A stretch of DNA of 64,000 nt, taken from a virus. Its lineage: Duplodnaviria; Caudoviricetes. This document shows, piece by piece, positions 1 to 10,964 of the stretch. Where the stretch lies: the IMG/VR virus record IMGVR_UViG_3300044216_005818, positions 1,145 through 65,144 of that record, one strand, 5' to 3'. Position 1 is the stretch's first letter; each line of letters opens with the position of its first letter. The position numbers and the translations under genes are program-made. The notes beneath the pieces are model-generated. The model searched no databases. It had not been told where the DNA came from and was given only the letters and a program-made list of their open reading frames with translations.

Positions 1-2
1 AA

Positions 3-1268
3 TATACTCCTGTTCAAGATGATCCTTTAAAAAAACTTGAATTAGTTGAAATAGAATTAGAAGAAGAAGAAATTATTGAAGAAGAAGAAGATTTATTTGT
101 AACTGGTTCTAATCCAGTAGTAGAAGAAACAGTTGAAGAAGAAAAAATCGAAAAAGATAATGAATTTTCAGATCCTGTATTTGATGCTTTAGATGAAGCC
201 GTTGAAGAAGGTATATTAAGCGAATATGAAGAAAATCCAGCTACCGGTACAACAGATTTATCAGAAGAAGAAAGACAAGAAGTAGATAATTCACCTACAC
301 AAGAACTTGGTGGAGAAGAATATATTGAAGTGGGCAGTGGTAATACATTAATAATTAATAATAGTAAAGAATACCAAGACTGGAAATCAAAAGGTAAGGG
401 TAAACAAGATTATCCTATGATTGTAAAACCTAAGAGAAGTGGTGGTAAAGAAGTTTTAGTTAACCCAAAATCTGTTTCAGATTTAATTAAACAACTAAAA
501 GCAGATAACGTAAATTCAACCGGGATAAGTAGAATAAAGAACCTAGTCATACATGTATCTGCAACCCCTTTCCAAACACAACATGATTTAGCTAATTTAT
601 TTATGAATGCAAAAAGCAATGGACAAGGGTGGACACGACATGGGTATAATATTAGTATTGATGATTTAGGGGGATGTAATTATAATGTTAATTTAAAAGA
701 TCCAGGTAACAGCTATGGATGCGGGGGAAACATATTTGAAAATAAATCAAGCGAAGGAAGTGGAATAGTTACTAATAGGAATTCTATAAATATATCTTGG
801 ATAGGTGATGGTAGTTCAGTATTAAATAGACCCGAACTTGCAGAAGGAGGGACAACAAAACCAAATATAACATCAGCCCAAGCATATGCACTTGAACAAA
901 TGGTTTTATATTTTGTAGAAGCATTCCCTAATATAAAAGTGTTTGGTCATAATCAAATAACTTTATCGGGGGGATATGGTAAATCTTGTCCTACTTTTGA
1001 CCCTGTTAAATATTTAACAAATATAGGAGTCCCTGATAAAAATATATATAAAAAACATATATATGATCATTCCCTACAACATTTAATAGATACATCTAAT
1101 GCTAAATGTAAAGCCTTTCAAATAAAAAAATATGGGGAACCCTTTGATGTAACTAATAAAGACCTTTTTAAAAATTTTAAAGGTTACTATAATGGTACAA
1201 AATACTCTAATACAGCAGATTATGTATATAGATTAGCCTTTCCTTCAGAGCGAGGAATAAATACTTAA
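3..1268 (+). CDS. 5'-truncated protein: acidic Glu-rich linker followed by a Zn-dependent N-acetylmuramoyl-L-alanine amidase (Amidase_2, T7-lysozyme-like) domain
   Basis: Frame is open from position 3 (YTPVQDDPLKKLELVEIELEEEE...) into the ORF-track GTG at 330, so that GTG is internal. Motifs LVIHVSAT, GY, FGHNQ and KSCP match T7-type amidase Zn ligands and catalytic residues. Confidence 0.8.
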   Translation, partial: YTPVQDDPLKKLELVEIELEEEEIIEEEEDLFVTGSNPVVEETVEEEKIEKDNEFSDPVFDALDEAVEEGILSEYEENPATGTTDLSEEERQEVDNSPTQELGGEEYIEVGSGNTLIINNSKEYQDWKSKGKGKQDYPMIVKPKRSGGKEVLVNPKSVSDLIKQLKADNVNSTGISRIKNLVIHVSATPFQTQHDLANLFMNAKSNGQGWTRHGYNISIDDLGGCNYNVNLKDPGNSYGCGGNIFENKSSEGSGIVTNRNSINISWIGDGSSVLNRPELAEGGTTKPNITSAQAYALEQMVLYFVEAFPNIKVFGHNQITLSGGYGKSCPTFDPVKYLTNIGVPDKNIYKKHIYDHSLQHLIDTSNAKCKAFQIKKYGEPFDVTNKDLFKNFKGYYNGTKYSNTADYVYRLAFPSERGINT

Positions 1269-1272
1269 TACT

Positions 1273-1710
1273 ATGGCAACAGATTTTATACAAGAAGATT
1301 TATACGTAGGTAAACAAATTTTAATAGATAGTGATCGATTAGTATTTAATGGTCGTGATGATAGCATATTTTCAACCTCTAATTTATTTTTATTTAAAAC
1401 CGAAGGTGAATTTCACATCAATACTAGAAAAGATACTTTTATTAATTCACCTAGAATATTTATTGGCCCTGTTGAAAATGGGGAAGATCCAAATATTCCG
1501 GCTGTTAAAAGTGATACTTTAAAATCTTTACTAACTGACTTAATTTTTGAGTTAAAAGTGTTTTTTAAAACCCAATACCCAAATACTTCGGGCTTACAAG
1601 GTCCTAACCCAGCGGTTAATAAGGGATTAGCAGTATCATTACTTAATGGTTTAGAAAGGGTAGAAAATAAATTAGATACTATTAAAAGCGACAAAGTATT
1701 TATAAAATGA
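1273..1710 (+). CDS. Hypothetical baseplate-region protein, possibly spike/gp5 C-terminal-like
   Basis: Short beta-strand-like segments (QILIDSDRLVFNG, GEFHINT, FINSPRIFIG); lies between the amidase and gp25. Confidence 0.45.
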   Translation: MATDFIQEDLYVGKQILIDSDRLVFNGRDDSIFSTSNLFLFKTEGEFHINTRKDTFINSPRIFIGPVENGEDPNIPAVKSDTLKSLLTDLIFELKVFFKTQYPNTSGLQGPNPAVNKGLAVSLLNGLERVENKLDTIKSDKVFIK

Positions 1711-2555
1711 TAGATAAATTATTAAATACTATTACTAATAGAAGTGCTAATTCTTTATCTGAAGCTAGAGAAAAAGTAGAATTTGTTACTACACAAGACC
1801 CCAAAAGTTTTGCATTATCTAAAGTTCCTAATCCTAATGATTTAAAAACCAGATTAGCTAAAATTGATAAAACAGACTTAACAGAACTTCAAAAAGCCCA
1901 GGAATATTATAATAAAACTGTTACAAGAGTAGAAATTGCTATAGCCCAAATAGAAGCAAAAAAAGGAAAATTACTCCAGATAAAAGGCAAATTAGATGGT
2001 GTATTAATTAGTTTACAAATCTTTGAAGACATTACAGTAATAATTAGACCTGTATTAAATATAATTAAAGGAGTATTAGCAGGTATTGATGGAGCCCTCG
2101 GTGCTAGTACCAGTTTAGCAGCAAACGGCTTAGTTATTAATAAATTAGGTGAAAAGAAGAAAAATTTAAAAGATAATGTAAAAAAAGCTAGAGGAGCTAT
2201 AGATAGTTTTAGTGATACTTCTTCTTTCTTTAAAAAAGAAACTGATAAAATAATGTCCCCCCTTGATAAAGCAATAAAGACTCTTGACGATATAATTAAT
2301 AGGTTAAAAGCTTTATTAGCCCAGTTAAAAGCTTTATGGATTCAATTTGGTTTAGGTGTTTCTTTACAACAATTATTAGAAGAAATTGAAAATTCTAACC
2401 AAACACCGGAAGATTGGTGGAATGATAACGAATTTGAAGCTATACCTGGTAGTAGTGAAAAAGGAGATATTACTGTAGGGTCTGAAGAAGAAAGTGAAGA
2501 GAGTGAAGAAAGTAAAGAAAGTAGCGCTATTGCATTTAAAAGATTTAAAGGTTAA
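1707..2555 (+). CDS. Hypothetical coiled-coil protein with acidic tail
   Basis: 282-aa ORF with ATGA overlap; heptad-like helical composition. Confidence 0.6.
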   Translation: MIDKLLNTITNRSANSLSEAREKVEFVTTQDPKSFALSKVPNPNDLKTRLAKIDKTDLTELQKAQEYYNKTVTRVEIAIAQIEAKKGKLLQIKGKLDGVLISLQIFEDITVIIRPVLNIIKGVLAGIDGALGASTSLAANGLVINKLGEKKKNLKDNVKKARGAIDSFSDTSSFFKKETDKIMSPLDKAIKTLDDIINRLKALLAQLKALWIQFGLGVSLQQLLEEIENSNQTPEDWWNDNEFEAIPGSSEKGDITVGSEEESEESEESKESSAIAFKRFKG

Positions 2556-2562
2556 TATTTAT
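2555..2562 (+). promoter_or_regulatory. ATATTTAT upstream motif (putative late promoter), representative copy
   Basis: Further intergenic copies at 13404, 31338, 34656, 36551, 36571, 38651, 41728, 42653, 43355, 45321, 48657, 50275, 55612 and 55791. Confidence 0.65.
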
Positions 2563-2577
2563 TAAAAACTAATAGAA

Positions 2578-2940
2578 ATGAAATTAGATACATTTGAAAA
2601 AATTATTAGAAAAGTTGTGCGTGAGGAAATTGACCATGCCTTGAGGCGTGAAATTGCTTTGTTAAAAGAAGAATTAAACACACAACCCCAGCAACGTGTA
2701 GTTGAAACTAGAGTTAATTCTCAAGAGGCTGAAAGTTTTAGAGCAAAATTAAAAGAACAGATGCCGCCCCCCAACTTTAATACGGGTAATGGTGCTTTAG
2801 ATTCTTTATTATCTGAAACAGCTTTAGCACCTACCCCAGAAGAAACATTTGCATCTAACGACCCTATAAATCAATTTATAAATAAAGATTATAGTCAACT
2901 TATGGAAGCTATAGATAAAAAAAGAGAATTTAGACCCTAA
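2578..2940 (+). CDS. Hypothetical protein with an IIRKVVREE-type leader
   Basis: ORF follows an ATATTTAT motif and is coupled to gp25 by a TAATG overlap. Confidence 0.65.
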   Translation: MKLDTFEKIIRKVVREEIDHALRREIALLKEELNTQPQQRVVETRVNSQEAESFRAKLKEQMPPPNFNTGNGALDSLLSETALAPTPEETFASNDPINQFINKDYSQLMEAIDKKREFRP

Positions 2941-3380
2941 TGGCTATTAAACCCCGCAAACTTGTTAGGATTGATCCTGTAGATGTAACTGATAAAACAG
3001 CGGTAGGGATACACTTTCCTTTTAATAAGAAAACAGTATTTACTTTAGATTATACTACTAAAGATCATGCTAAGTCTAAATTAGTTAATGTTTTATCTAC
3101 GTCTCCAGGAGAAAGATTAAACCAACCTAATTTTGGGGCGGGTTTAAAAAATAGATTATTTGAACAACAAACCGAAATAGCAGAAGAAGATCTAAAGGCA
3201 TATGTACTCCCTCAAGTAAATCAATTTGTTCCCGAAATAGAAATAAAAAATATTAATATAAAAACAGGAGGCATAGCAGGACACCAATTATTTGTTACCG
3301 TAAATTATTCTCTTGTTAATAATGAAGAAGAAGACTCAGTAACTTTAAGTTTTACAAATGATTTTGAAACTAATTACTAA
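2940..3380 (+). CDS. Baseplate wedge subunit, gp25/GPW-like
   Basis: LSTSPGERLNQPNFGAGLKNRLFE matches the gp25 motif (T.PGER...P.FG..L..LFE); size 146 aa. Confidence 0.88.
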   Translation: MAIKPRKLVRIDPVDVTDKTAVGIHFPFNKKTVFTLDYTTKDHAKSKLVNVLSTSPGERLNQPNFGAGLKNRLFEQQTEIAEEDLKAYVLPQVNQFVPEIEIKNINIKTGGIAGHQLFVTVNYSLVNNEEEDSVTLSFTNDFETNY

Positions 3381-5254
3381 TGGCATATAATACTAATAAT
3401 AATACAAGTAAAAAAGGCATAAGCTATTTAAATAAGGACTTTTCGGATTTTAAAAAAGCCTTAATTAATCTAGCAGAAGTATATTATCCGGATAATGTAA
3501 AAGACTTTTCTGAGGGTAGTCCTGGTACTATGTTTATTGAAATGGCTTCTTACGTAGGAGATGTACTATCTTTCTATACTGACGCTCAAGTACAAGAAAC
3601 TTTTTTACAATATGCCCAGGAAAGAGAAAATTTATATGCTTTAGCTTATAATCTAGGATATAGACCTGTAATAAGTAATCCTAGTATAGTTGAATTAGAG
3701 GTTTTTCAACAAATACCCGCATCAAGTGGATTACCTGATTATCGCTATGCATTAAGAATAGCTAAAAATTCTTCATTCCTTCCTAATAACAACACAGAAA
3801 TTAACTTCCTAACACAAAACGAAGTTAATTTTGCTTTTAGTTCATCTAATGACCCTACAGAACAAACAGTATATTCATTAGATGGAACAATTCCAGATTA
3901 TTATCTCTTAAAAAAGAAAGTTAAAGCTATAAGTGCTGAAATCAAAACTAAGTCTTTTGATATAGGGGCTGCTGAAAGGTTTAAAACCCTATCATTAGAT
4001 GATAGTAATATTATAGGTATACAATCAATACTCGATTCTGATGGAAATGAGTATGTAGAAGTACCTTATTTAGCACAAGAAACTGTATTTGAAGAAGTAC
4101 CTAATACAGAAGCTAACGATCCCGAATTAAAACAGTATAATAATCAGGTTCCTTTTTTATTAAGAAATAAAAAGGTTTCTAAAAGATTTGTATCTAGATT
4201 TAGATCTAATACAAACCTTGAAATTCAGTTTGGTGCTGGCTCTATAGGTGATGAAGATACAACTATAATTCCTAACCCTGATAATGTAGGTTTAGGAATT
4301 AAAGATGGAAGGTCTTTATTAGATTTATCATATGATCCTTCTAATTTTTTACACACTAAAGCATATGGGGAAGTTCCTTCAAATACTACTTTAACTGTAA
4401 CTTATTTAGTAGGAGGTGGAATTAATTCAAATGTAAATTCAAATACTATTACTAGAATAGGAGATGTAACCACAATTCCCCGACAAGGAGGATTAAATTC
4501 AGGTTTATTAACAGCAGCTGCAGATTCTGTAGCTTGTAATAACCCAGGTCCTGCTACTGGTGGGGGGCCAGGTGATACTGCTGAGGATATTAGATTAAAT
4601 GCTATTGCTAATTTTTCTTCTCAACAAAGAACTGTAACTAAAGAAGATTATTTATTTAGGTGTTTAGCTATGCCCCCACAATTTGGTTCTGTATCTAAGG
4701 CATATATGGCTCAAGATACCCAAATATCACTAGATACTAATAGAAGAGTAACTAATCCTAATGCCCTAAATTTATATGTTTTAGGATATGACACAAATAA
4801 AAACTTAGTAACTCTTAATGAAGCCGCCAAAATTAATTTAGCCACCTATTTAGAACAATACAGAATGTTAACTGATGCCATTAATATCAAAAATGCTTCT
4901 GTTATTAATTTTAAAGTAGAGTTTGGTATTTCTGTAAGATCTGGATTTTCTAATGATAGTGTGTTATTACAAAGTATCCAAGCCTTACAAGATTATTTTA
5001 ATGTAGATAATTGGCAAATTAACCAACCTATAGTAAAAGGAGACATAACAGGTATATTATATAATATAGATGGGGTATTAAATGTTAAAGACTTAGTTAT
5101 AGAAAACAAATTTGGAGAAAACTTAGGTTATTCTAAGTTCAAATATGATTTTGAATCAGCAACAAGAAATAATACTATATATCCATCATTAGATCCAAGT
5201 ATATTTGAATTAAAATATCCTAATACTGATATAATAGGTAGAGTAACATTATAA
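3380..5254 (+). CDS. Baseplate wedge protein, T4 gp6/baseplate-J-like
   Basis: DFSEGSPGTMFIEMASYVGDVLSFY, AYNLGYRP and QQRTVTKEDY motifs; directly follows gp25. Confidence 0.88.
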   Translation: MAYNTNNNTSKKGISYLNKDFSDFKKALINLAEVYYPDNVKDFSEGSPGTMFIEMASYVGDVLSFYTDAQVQETFLQYAQERENLYALAYNLGYRPVISNPSIVELEVFQQIPASSGLPDYRYALRIAKNSSFLPNNNTEINFLTQNEVNFAFSSSNDPTEQTVYSLDGTIPDYYLLKKKVKAISAEIKTKSFDIGAAERFKTLSLDDSNIIGIQSILDSDGNEYVEVPYLAQETVFEEVPNTEANDPELKQYNNQVPFLLRNKKVSKRFVSRFRSNTNLEIQFGAGSIGDEDTTIIPNPDNVGLGIKDGRSLLDLSYDPSNFLHTKAYGEVPSNTTLTVTYLVGGGINSNVNSNTITRIGDVTTIPRQGGLNSGLLTAAADSVACNNPGPATGGGPGDTAEDIRLNAIANFSSQQRTVTKEDYLFRCLAMPPQFGSVSKAYMAQDTQISLDTNRRVTNPNALNLYVLGYDTNKNLVTLNEAAKINLATYLEQYRMLTDAINIKNASVINFKVEFGISVRSGFSNDSVLLQSIQALQDYFNVDNWQINQPIVKGDITGILYNIDGVLNVKDLVIENKFGENLGYSKFKYDFESATRNNTIYPSLDPSIFELKYPNTDIIGRVTL

Positions 5255-5258
5255 AACT

Positions 5259-6446
5259 ATGGCACATTATTTTTTATTTCCAGAACAGGACACAACAATA
5301 TACTCTCATCCTACGAGAGCAATATTAAATACAGGGATAGATGAAATTCTAACTTTAGAAGATGAAGAATCAAACACTGATTTAAATTTCTACCCTAGTA
5401 GAATCTTAATCCAATTTAAACAGGATAAAATTAATGATGTAATTCAAAATAAAGTAAATACTAATACATTTAGTGCCAGTTTAAATTTATTCCAAACAGA
5501 ACATCGAGATTTAAGTGTAAATCAACATATACAGGTAAGACCAATAGCAGAAAGTTGGACTAACGGAACAGGAAGGTATGATAATTCTCCCACAATATCT
5601 GATGGTTGTTCTTGGATTTATAGAAATGGTAGCCCTGATGCTATATCTAATGATCCGTTAGGGGATAAGTGGCAAACCCATAGTTTTTCTCCTGGAGTAA
5701 CCGCTAGCTATATAGATGCCTCCCCAGGAGGTACTAGTTTTTATTTTGATACTAGCCCTATTATAAATACTGGATTTAATGTAAGTAGGTCTTATGGGTA
5801 TAACGATGATTTAGATTTATCTTTAGACTTAACTACACCTGTACTTAAACATGTTAGTAATAGTTTATTTGGTTCTATTTACCCTGAAGGTATAGAAAAT
5901 AATGGATTTTTAATTAAAAGATCAAGCAGCCAAGAATTTACTGCTATAGATGATGGAGAATTAAATTATTTTTCTATGGATACCCATACAATATTCCCTC
6001 CATTTTTAGATATTTCGTGGGATGATTCAGAATATGATAGAGAAAAACATGGAATTAGTGATAACCAAATTAAAACTTCAGGGGAATGTTATGTTACTTT
6101 AAGAAATAATAAAGAAAAATTTAGAACTTCTGAAGAATATAAATTTAGGCTTAATATAAGAGAATTATATCCTACAAGAAAATTTACTACTACTTCAAAT
6201 TTCCTAGACGTTAATTATTTTACTAGTAGATCATTTTATTCCCTAGTTGATTATGCTACTGAAGAAGTATTAATCCCCTTTGGTGAAGAATCAAAACTAA
6301 GCGCTGATGCAGAAGGAATGTACTTTAAAATATATATGAACGGTTTACAAGAAGAAAGATACTATAAGTTATTATTTAAACATGAAAACGATGATGGTAT
6401 CCAAGTTTATGATGACAAATATTACTTTAAAGTAGTTAAAACATAA
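5259..6446 (+). CDS. Putative baseplate/virion structural protein
   Basis: 395-aa ORF translationally coupled within the baseplate cluster; beta-rich composition. Confidence 0.6.
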   Translation: MAHYFLFPEQDTTIYSHPTRAILNTGIDEILTLEDEESNTDLNFYPSRILIQFKQDKINDVIQNKVNTNTFSASLNLFQTEHRDLSVNQHIQVRPIAESWTNGTGRYDNSPTISDGCSWIYRNGSPDAISNDPLGDKWQTHSFSPGVTASYIDASPGGTSFYFDTSPIINTGFNVSRSYGYNDDLDLSLDLTTPVLKHVSNSLFGSIYPEGIENNGFLIKRSSSQEFTAIDDGELNYFSMDTHTIFPPFLDISWDDSEYDREKHGISDNQIKTSGECYVTLRNNKEKFRTSEEYKFRLNIRELYPTRKFTTTSNFLDVNYFTSRSFYSLVDYATEEVLIPFGEESKLSADAEGMYFKIYMNGLQEERYYKLLFKHENDDGIQVYDDKYYFKVVKT

Positions 6447-7459
6447 TGGCTTACGGAACTGAAATACCAAATAATAAAGGAGTTGATACAGGAAAGGATA
6501 TAACTATAGGAAAAACAACAATTTTCCGTGATACCCAAGGTAATCCTGTAAGCCCCGTTGTCCCTGATGACACTAATGATACCCCTACTGAACCTTCACC
6601 AGTAGGTGATATTAATTTTGTAAAAAAAATCTATAGTAAAACTGCTTTACTTTCTAAAGTAAATAATTCTTTTAGTGAACTAACTAAACCACCAGTTTCT
6701 ATAGATATACCAGGATTTTTTAAAAGATATAATGAAATATTTTACGATCTTCCTAAAGAGGGAATCAATTCTCACTCGTCCTTAATTAAGGAAAGTACAG
6801 ATTTTGTAAGAAATTATGTAGACCCTAAAGATGCTATTATAATAGGATTAGAACAGCAAATAATTGACTTAGAACGCCAATTAACAAACCCTGAAGAAAT
6901 CCAAGAACACCCTGTGTTTAAAAATGGTACTATAGTTAAACTTAATGAACCCCATCAATATTATTATATGGATAAAGGATATAGAAGATATATTGAATGG
7001 AATACTGATATGATACGTGCTATTTTATTATCAATTAATGGTACGCCTGATACTGATTTAATCCCTATAATTACTAGAACTATGTTAGAAAATATCCCCC
7101 GAGGATTTCCTAATTTAAAAGAAAGTAATTTCGGTGAAGAATTTGATCCAACTCTTAATGCATCAGAAGATACTATATCTTATTTAAACTGGATATATGA
7201 TGAAAATGGTGATCCTGATGTAGATCCTAATAATTATGACACTAGAGACAAATATATAGAAGCACTAGAAGCCGATATAGAAGAAAAACAACTTTTAATA
7301 ACTAAGTTAAATAAAGAAATCAGAGATGAATACAACCCTCAAATTCTTACTTTAAAAAATTTAGACCCAATTTATTACGAAGAAACTTATGGTTCAGGGG
7401 AAGGTGGTTCAATAACTGTAACTTCAGATTCTGGTGGGAATAATAATAGATCATATTAA
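6446..7459 (+). CDS. Hypothetical protein (baseplate cluster)
   Basis: 337-aa ORF with TAATG coupling. Confidence 0.6.
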   Translation: MAYGTEIPNNKGVDTGKDITIGKTTIFRDTQGNPVSPVVPDDTNDTPTEPSPVGDINFVKKIYSKTALLSKVNNSFSELTKPPVSIDIPGFFKRYNEIFYDLPKEGINSHSSLIKESTDFVRNYVDPKDAIIIGLEQQIIDLERQLTNPEEIQEHPVFKNGTIVKLNEPHQYYYMDKGYRRYIEWNTDMIRAILLSINGTPDTDLIPIITRTMLENIPRGFPNLKESNFGEEFDPTLNASEDTISYLNWIYDENGDPDVDPNNYDTRDKYIEALEADIEEKQLLITKLNKEIRDEYNPQILTLKNLDPIYYEETYGSGEGGSITVTSDSGGNNNRSY

Positions 7460-7461
7460 AA

Positions 7462-7683
7462 ATGGCACTAACAGAAGAACAAAAAGAAAGATTAGCAAAT
7501 TTAATAGCTAATAAAAATAATATTCAAGAAGAAGTTGATCGTTTAAGAGGTATTAAATTTTCTACTCAAGAAACTTTAGCTACTTTAGGTAATTTATCTG
7601 ATGAACAAATAAATGAAATATGGCCGGGTACTGTAGTAATTGACTCAGGTTCCGATGGTACAAGTAATAGTGATAGACCCTAA
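7462..7683 (+). CDS. Small hypothetical protein
   Basis: 73-aa ORF filling the gap between neighbours; A-rich start context. Confidence 0.55.
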   Translation: MALTEEQKERLANLIANKNNIQEEVDRLRGIKFSTQETLATLGNLSDEQINEIWPGTVVIDSGSDGTSNSDRP

Positions 7684-7699
7684 TTAATATATAACCTAA

Positions 7700-10600
7700 A
7701 TGATAATTAACACATCTACTATAGAACATTTAAATGCTGTTGATTTAAATCAAGTTCAATCTAAAGATTTAATCCGCAAATTTGGTCAATCCAATGATTC
7801 GATTGAATTAACTATATTTGATGGTAATGGGAATGTATTAATTAGTGATGAAGAATTTACTGATTATACCCCCTATGAAGATCAAAAATCAATAGATATT
7901 GATTTTGAACAAGTATTAAAAGATTATGGTTTTAATACAGGTAAATATACACTAAATTTTTCTTTTCAACGTAAAACTTTAACTTCAGGCACTGCAAGAA
8001 GGTTTACTATTACAGAAATATCCCCTTCCAGAACAGAAATTAGATATATTTCTAATAAATTAAGTATAGATAATTTTATAACTAAAGCTAAAGATTTAAT
8101 TAATTTAGTTAATTCAACTTCATATTTTAAAGACTTAAATTTAAGTTTTGGTAATGGAGTTACTTCTTTAATAACTAATGCTCAAGTAGATGGTGAAACT
8201 GGATTAATTAAATTATATGAACCATTACCCCCAAGCGTTACAACGGGTAATAATTTTAGAGTTTATGAGGATATAATTAACCCTATAAATGTACTATCAG
8301 ATTTAGGAACATCTCCTACTCAAGATATTGGTATTAATCTCCAGGGTCCTAATTTTGAAATAGAATATAATGACGAATTAAGTGTTTCTTCTGAATTTAG
8401 AACGTATGATAAATTATTAAATAATGGGTCTATAACTTCAAGTTTTAATAATCTTCAAAATTATCTTAGTAGTAGTATACCATTAGATTTAGAATTTGAT
8501 AATCCTGACACACCTTCTGGGTATCACTTTGAAAACTTTATCCATTTCAGCTCAGCTACTGAAAGATTACAAAACTTTAGATATAAATTAAGTTTATTAG
8601 AATCTTATAAATCACAAGTAAATACACTAAATTCAATTACAGGCCCTGCATCTTCTTCATTTCCTACTATAGAAAATCAAAGAATTTTTAATGAAAAAAG
8701 GGATAAAGTAATAGAGGGGTTTGATTATTATGAAAGATACTTATATTTTGAATCTGGCGCTTATGCTTGGCCTAAAACTACTACTGGTACATATCCTCAT
8801 ATAAATGCTAATACTAATTCCCCTGCCGCAGTAGCTTGGTTTGGTGCACCCTTAAATGAATCCGAAAACATTTATTATGGGGGTATGATGTTAAGTGCTA
8901 GCTTATTTGATGATTGTAACCCTTATAACTTAACAAAAGCTATTCCACCTGATATTAGAGATAATATTCAAAACGAAGGTTTTAATTTATTTGTTGAAAT
9001 GATAGCTCAACACTTTGATGGTATTTGGGCTTATATTGATAGTTTAACCGATAAATACCAAGCACATAGTGGTATTAATGATGGTATATCCAAAGAATTA
9101 GTTTTCAATGCACTATCAGAAAAAGGAATTCGCGCCTATAGTCAATTTGAAAATGCTAATATATATGAATACTTTTTAGGTAATAATAAAGGAGCAGCAG
9201 CGTTTAGATATGAGGCTACAGACGGGTCTACTATGGTAACTTCTTCTCTTAACTCTATCCCTAAAGGTGATATATCAAAAGAAATCTGGAAAAGATTATA
9301 CCATAATGCTCCATATCTTTTAAAAACAAAAGGTACTGAACGTGGATTAAAAGCATTAATTGCATGTTATGGTATTCCTGAAACAGTACTCCATGTTAAA
9401 GAATATGGGGGCCCATTAGTAGATAAAACGGGATTTAGAACATTCAGCTATCAAAAAGAAAGCCGTATGGTAGATGTAGGTAGTAATGGTTCACACGTTG
9501 GATTAGTTAAAATTAATAATGCAATCACAGACCCTACTCCAGCTGAAAGTATCAAAACAGCACAAATAAGAGTTATCCCAAGTGCCTCTAGCGAAGTCCC
9601 TATATTTGCCATCCATAGGGAGAGTGGTAATAATAATTTTGCTCTTTTTGTATCTAAAAGTAACAATGAGTTAATAGAACCTAGTGTGAGTGCTTCTTTT
9701 GGTAAATTAGTAATATGCACTGGTAGTCTTTCTGATAGTATTAGTTCCACCACAGTAATTACAAGTTCTTTAATCCCTCTATTTAATGGGAAACCTTGGA
9801 ATTTTAGCCTTACTTGGGACAGTGGTTCATCTAACCAAATAAATGTTTATGCTACTCAAACTTCATTTAATAAAAATATATTTTTACAAAAACTTACTTT
9901 AACTGCTGAAAACGTATTCCAGGGAACTAATCATGATTTATACTATATCCCTATGGATAATGATAATGATGGGGTTTTTGGAATTTCTGATGCTAATCCT
10001 TATAGAAAAAGTAAAGCCCAAGAAGTCAGAGCCTACACAGAAATACTTACAGAGGATACTATAGTAACCCAATCATTATCTCCTTTTAATTATAATGGTA
10101 ATACTATTAGTTCAAGTTATGATACACTGAAGTTTAGATTCCCTTTAGGTTCGGATATTGGGGATATAGATGAAGATGCTGTTATTATTAATGCCCATTC
10201 AAATTCTAAATATAATAAAATACCTAATATTGATGGGTTTACTTATACAAGCACTACTGCAACTTTAAGAACAGCAAAAACCCACTCTATAGAAGAAACC
10301 CACCACTTAACTACACCCGATACAGTAGGTTCAGGAATGGTTTCAGATAAAATTAGAATTGATAATGGAACATTTGATGATAATTTCTTAGATCCTTTTA
10401 TTTCAGTTGAAACATCACCCCAAGATAGACAACCACTTGATTATTCAGATGTAGGAGTATTTTTCTCACCAACTTTTGAAATTAACGAAGATATAATTTA
10501 CACCTTAGGTGGATTTAGATTAGATGATTATATAGGTGATCCAACACATTATACAAGTGGTAGTTATCCTGATTTAAAAACAATTAGAGATATTTACACC

Positions 10601-10963
10601 CAAAAATTAGAAAGAAAATTAGGAATAGGTGATTATATAAGAACCATCCAATTCTTTGATCATACATTATTTAAAATGATTAAAGACTTTGTCCCAGCTA
10701 AAACCAACCTAAAAACAGGTTTAGTTATTGAGCCACATTATTTGGAAAGGGCAAAATTTGGTGGTACAAACATCGACTATGAACAAATTACTGAACACCC
10801 TTTTAATCTAAAAGCTACAGCTTCATTAGCAAATTCTACACATGAGGTAGAACATAATGTACTTATTGATGTAGATAAAGTTATTATTCAAGGTAGCTCA
10901 GCTACAGCTATTGAAAACACAGCTTTAACTAGTAGAAAAAGTAGATTTTATAGTATAAGTTAA
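7700..10963 (+). CDS. Large putative baseplate wedge protein (gp7-like role)
   Basis: 1087 aa in the baseplate cluster; IWKRLYHNAPYLLKTKGTERGLKALIACYG resembles the K-G-T-x-x-G wedge (gpI/gp7-like) motif. Confidence 0.55.
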   Translation: MIINTSTIEHLNAVDLNQVQSKDLIRKFGQSNDSIELTIFDGNGNVLISDEEFTDYTPYEDQKSIDIDFEQVLKDYGFNTGKYTLNFSFQRKTLTSGTARRFTITEISPSRTEIRYISNKLSIDNFITKAKDLINLVNSTSYFKDLNLSFGNGVTSLITNAQVDGETGLIKLYEPLPPSVTTGNNFRVYEDIINPINVLSDLGTSPTQDIGINLQGPNFEIEYNDELSVSSEFRTYDKLLNNGSITSSFNNLQNYLSSSIPLDLEFDNPDTPSGYHFENFIHFSSATERLQNFRYKLSLLESYKSQVNTLNSITGPASSSFPTIENQRIFNEKRDKVIEGFDYYERYLYFESGAYAWPKTTTGTYPHINANTNSPAAVAWFGAPLNESENIYYGGMMLSASLFDDCNPYNLTKAIPPDIRDNIQNEGFNLFVEMIAQHFDGIWAYIDSLTDKYQAHSGINDGISKELVFNALSEKGIRAYSQFENANIYEYFLGNNKGAAAFRYEATDGSTMVTSSLNSIPKGDISKEIWKRLYHNAPYLLKTKGTERGLKALIACYGIPETVLHVKEYGGPLVDKTGFRTFSYQKESRMVDVGSNGSHVGLVKINNAITDPTPAESIKTAQIRVIPSASSEVPIFAIHRESGNNNFALFVSKSNNELIEPSVSASFGKLVICTGSLSDSISSTTVITSSLIPLFNGKPWNFSLTWDSGSSNQINVYATQTSFNKNIFLQKLTLTAENVFQGTNHDLYYIPMDNDNDGVFGISDANPYRKSKAQEVRAYTEILTEDTIVTQSLSPFNYNGNTISSSYDTLKFRFPLGSDIGDIDEDAVIINAHSNSKYNKIPNIDGFTYTSTTATLRTAKTHSIEETHHLTTPDTVGSGMVSDKIRIDNGTFDDNFLDPFISVETSPQDRQPLDYSDVGVFFSPTFEINEDIIYTLGGFRLDDYIGDPTHYTSGSYPDLKTIRDIYTQKLERKLGIGDYIRTIQFFDHTLFKMIKDFVPAKTNLKTGLVIEPHYLERAKFGGTNIDYEQITEHPFNLKATASLANSTHEVEHNVLIDVDKVIIQGSSATAIENTALTSRKSRFYSIS

Positions 10964-10964
10964 A

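Noticed and set aside
330-332. GTG start for the amidase
   Set aside because: The frame is open and coding-like from position 3; the gene starts upstream of the window.
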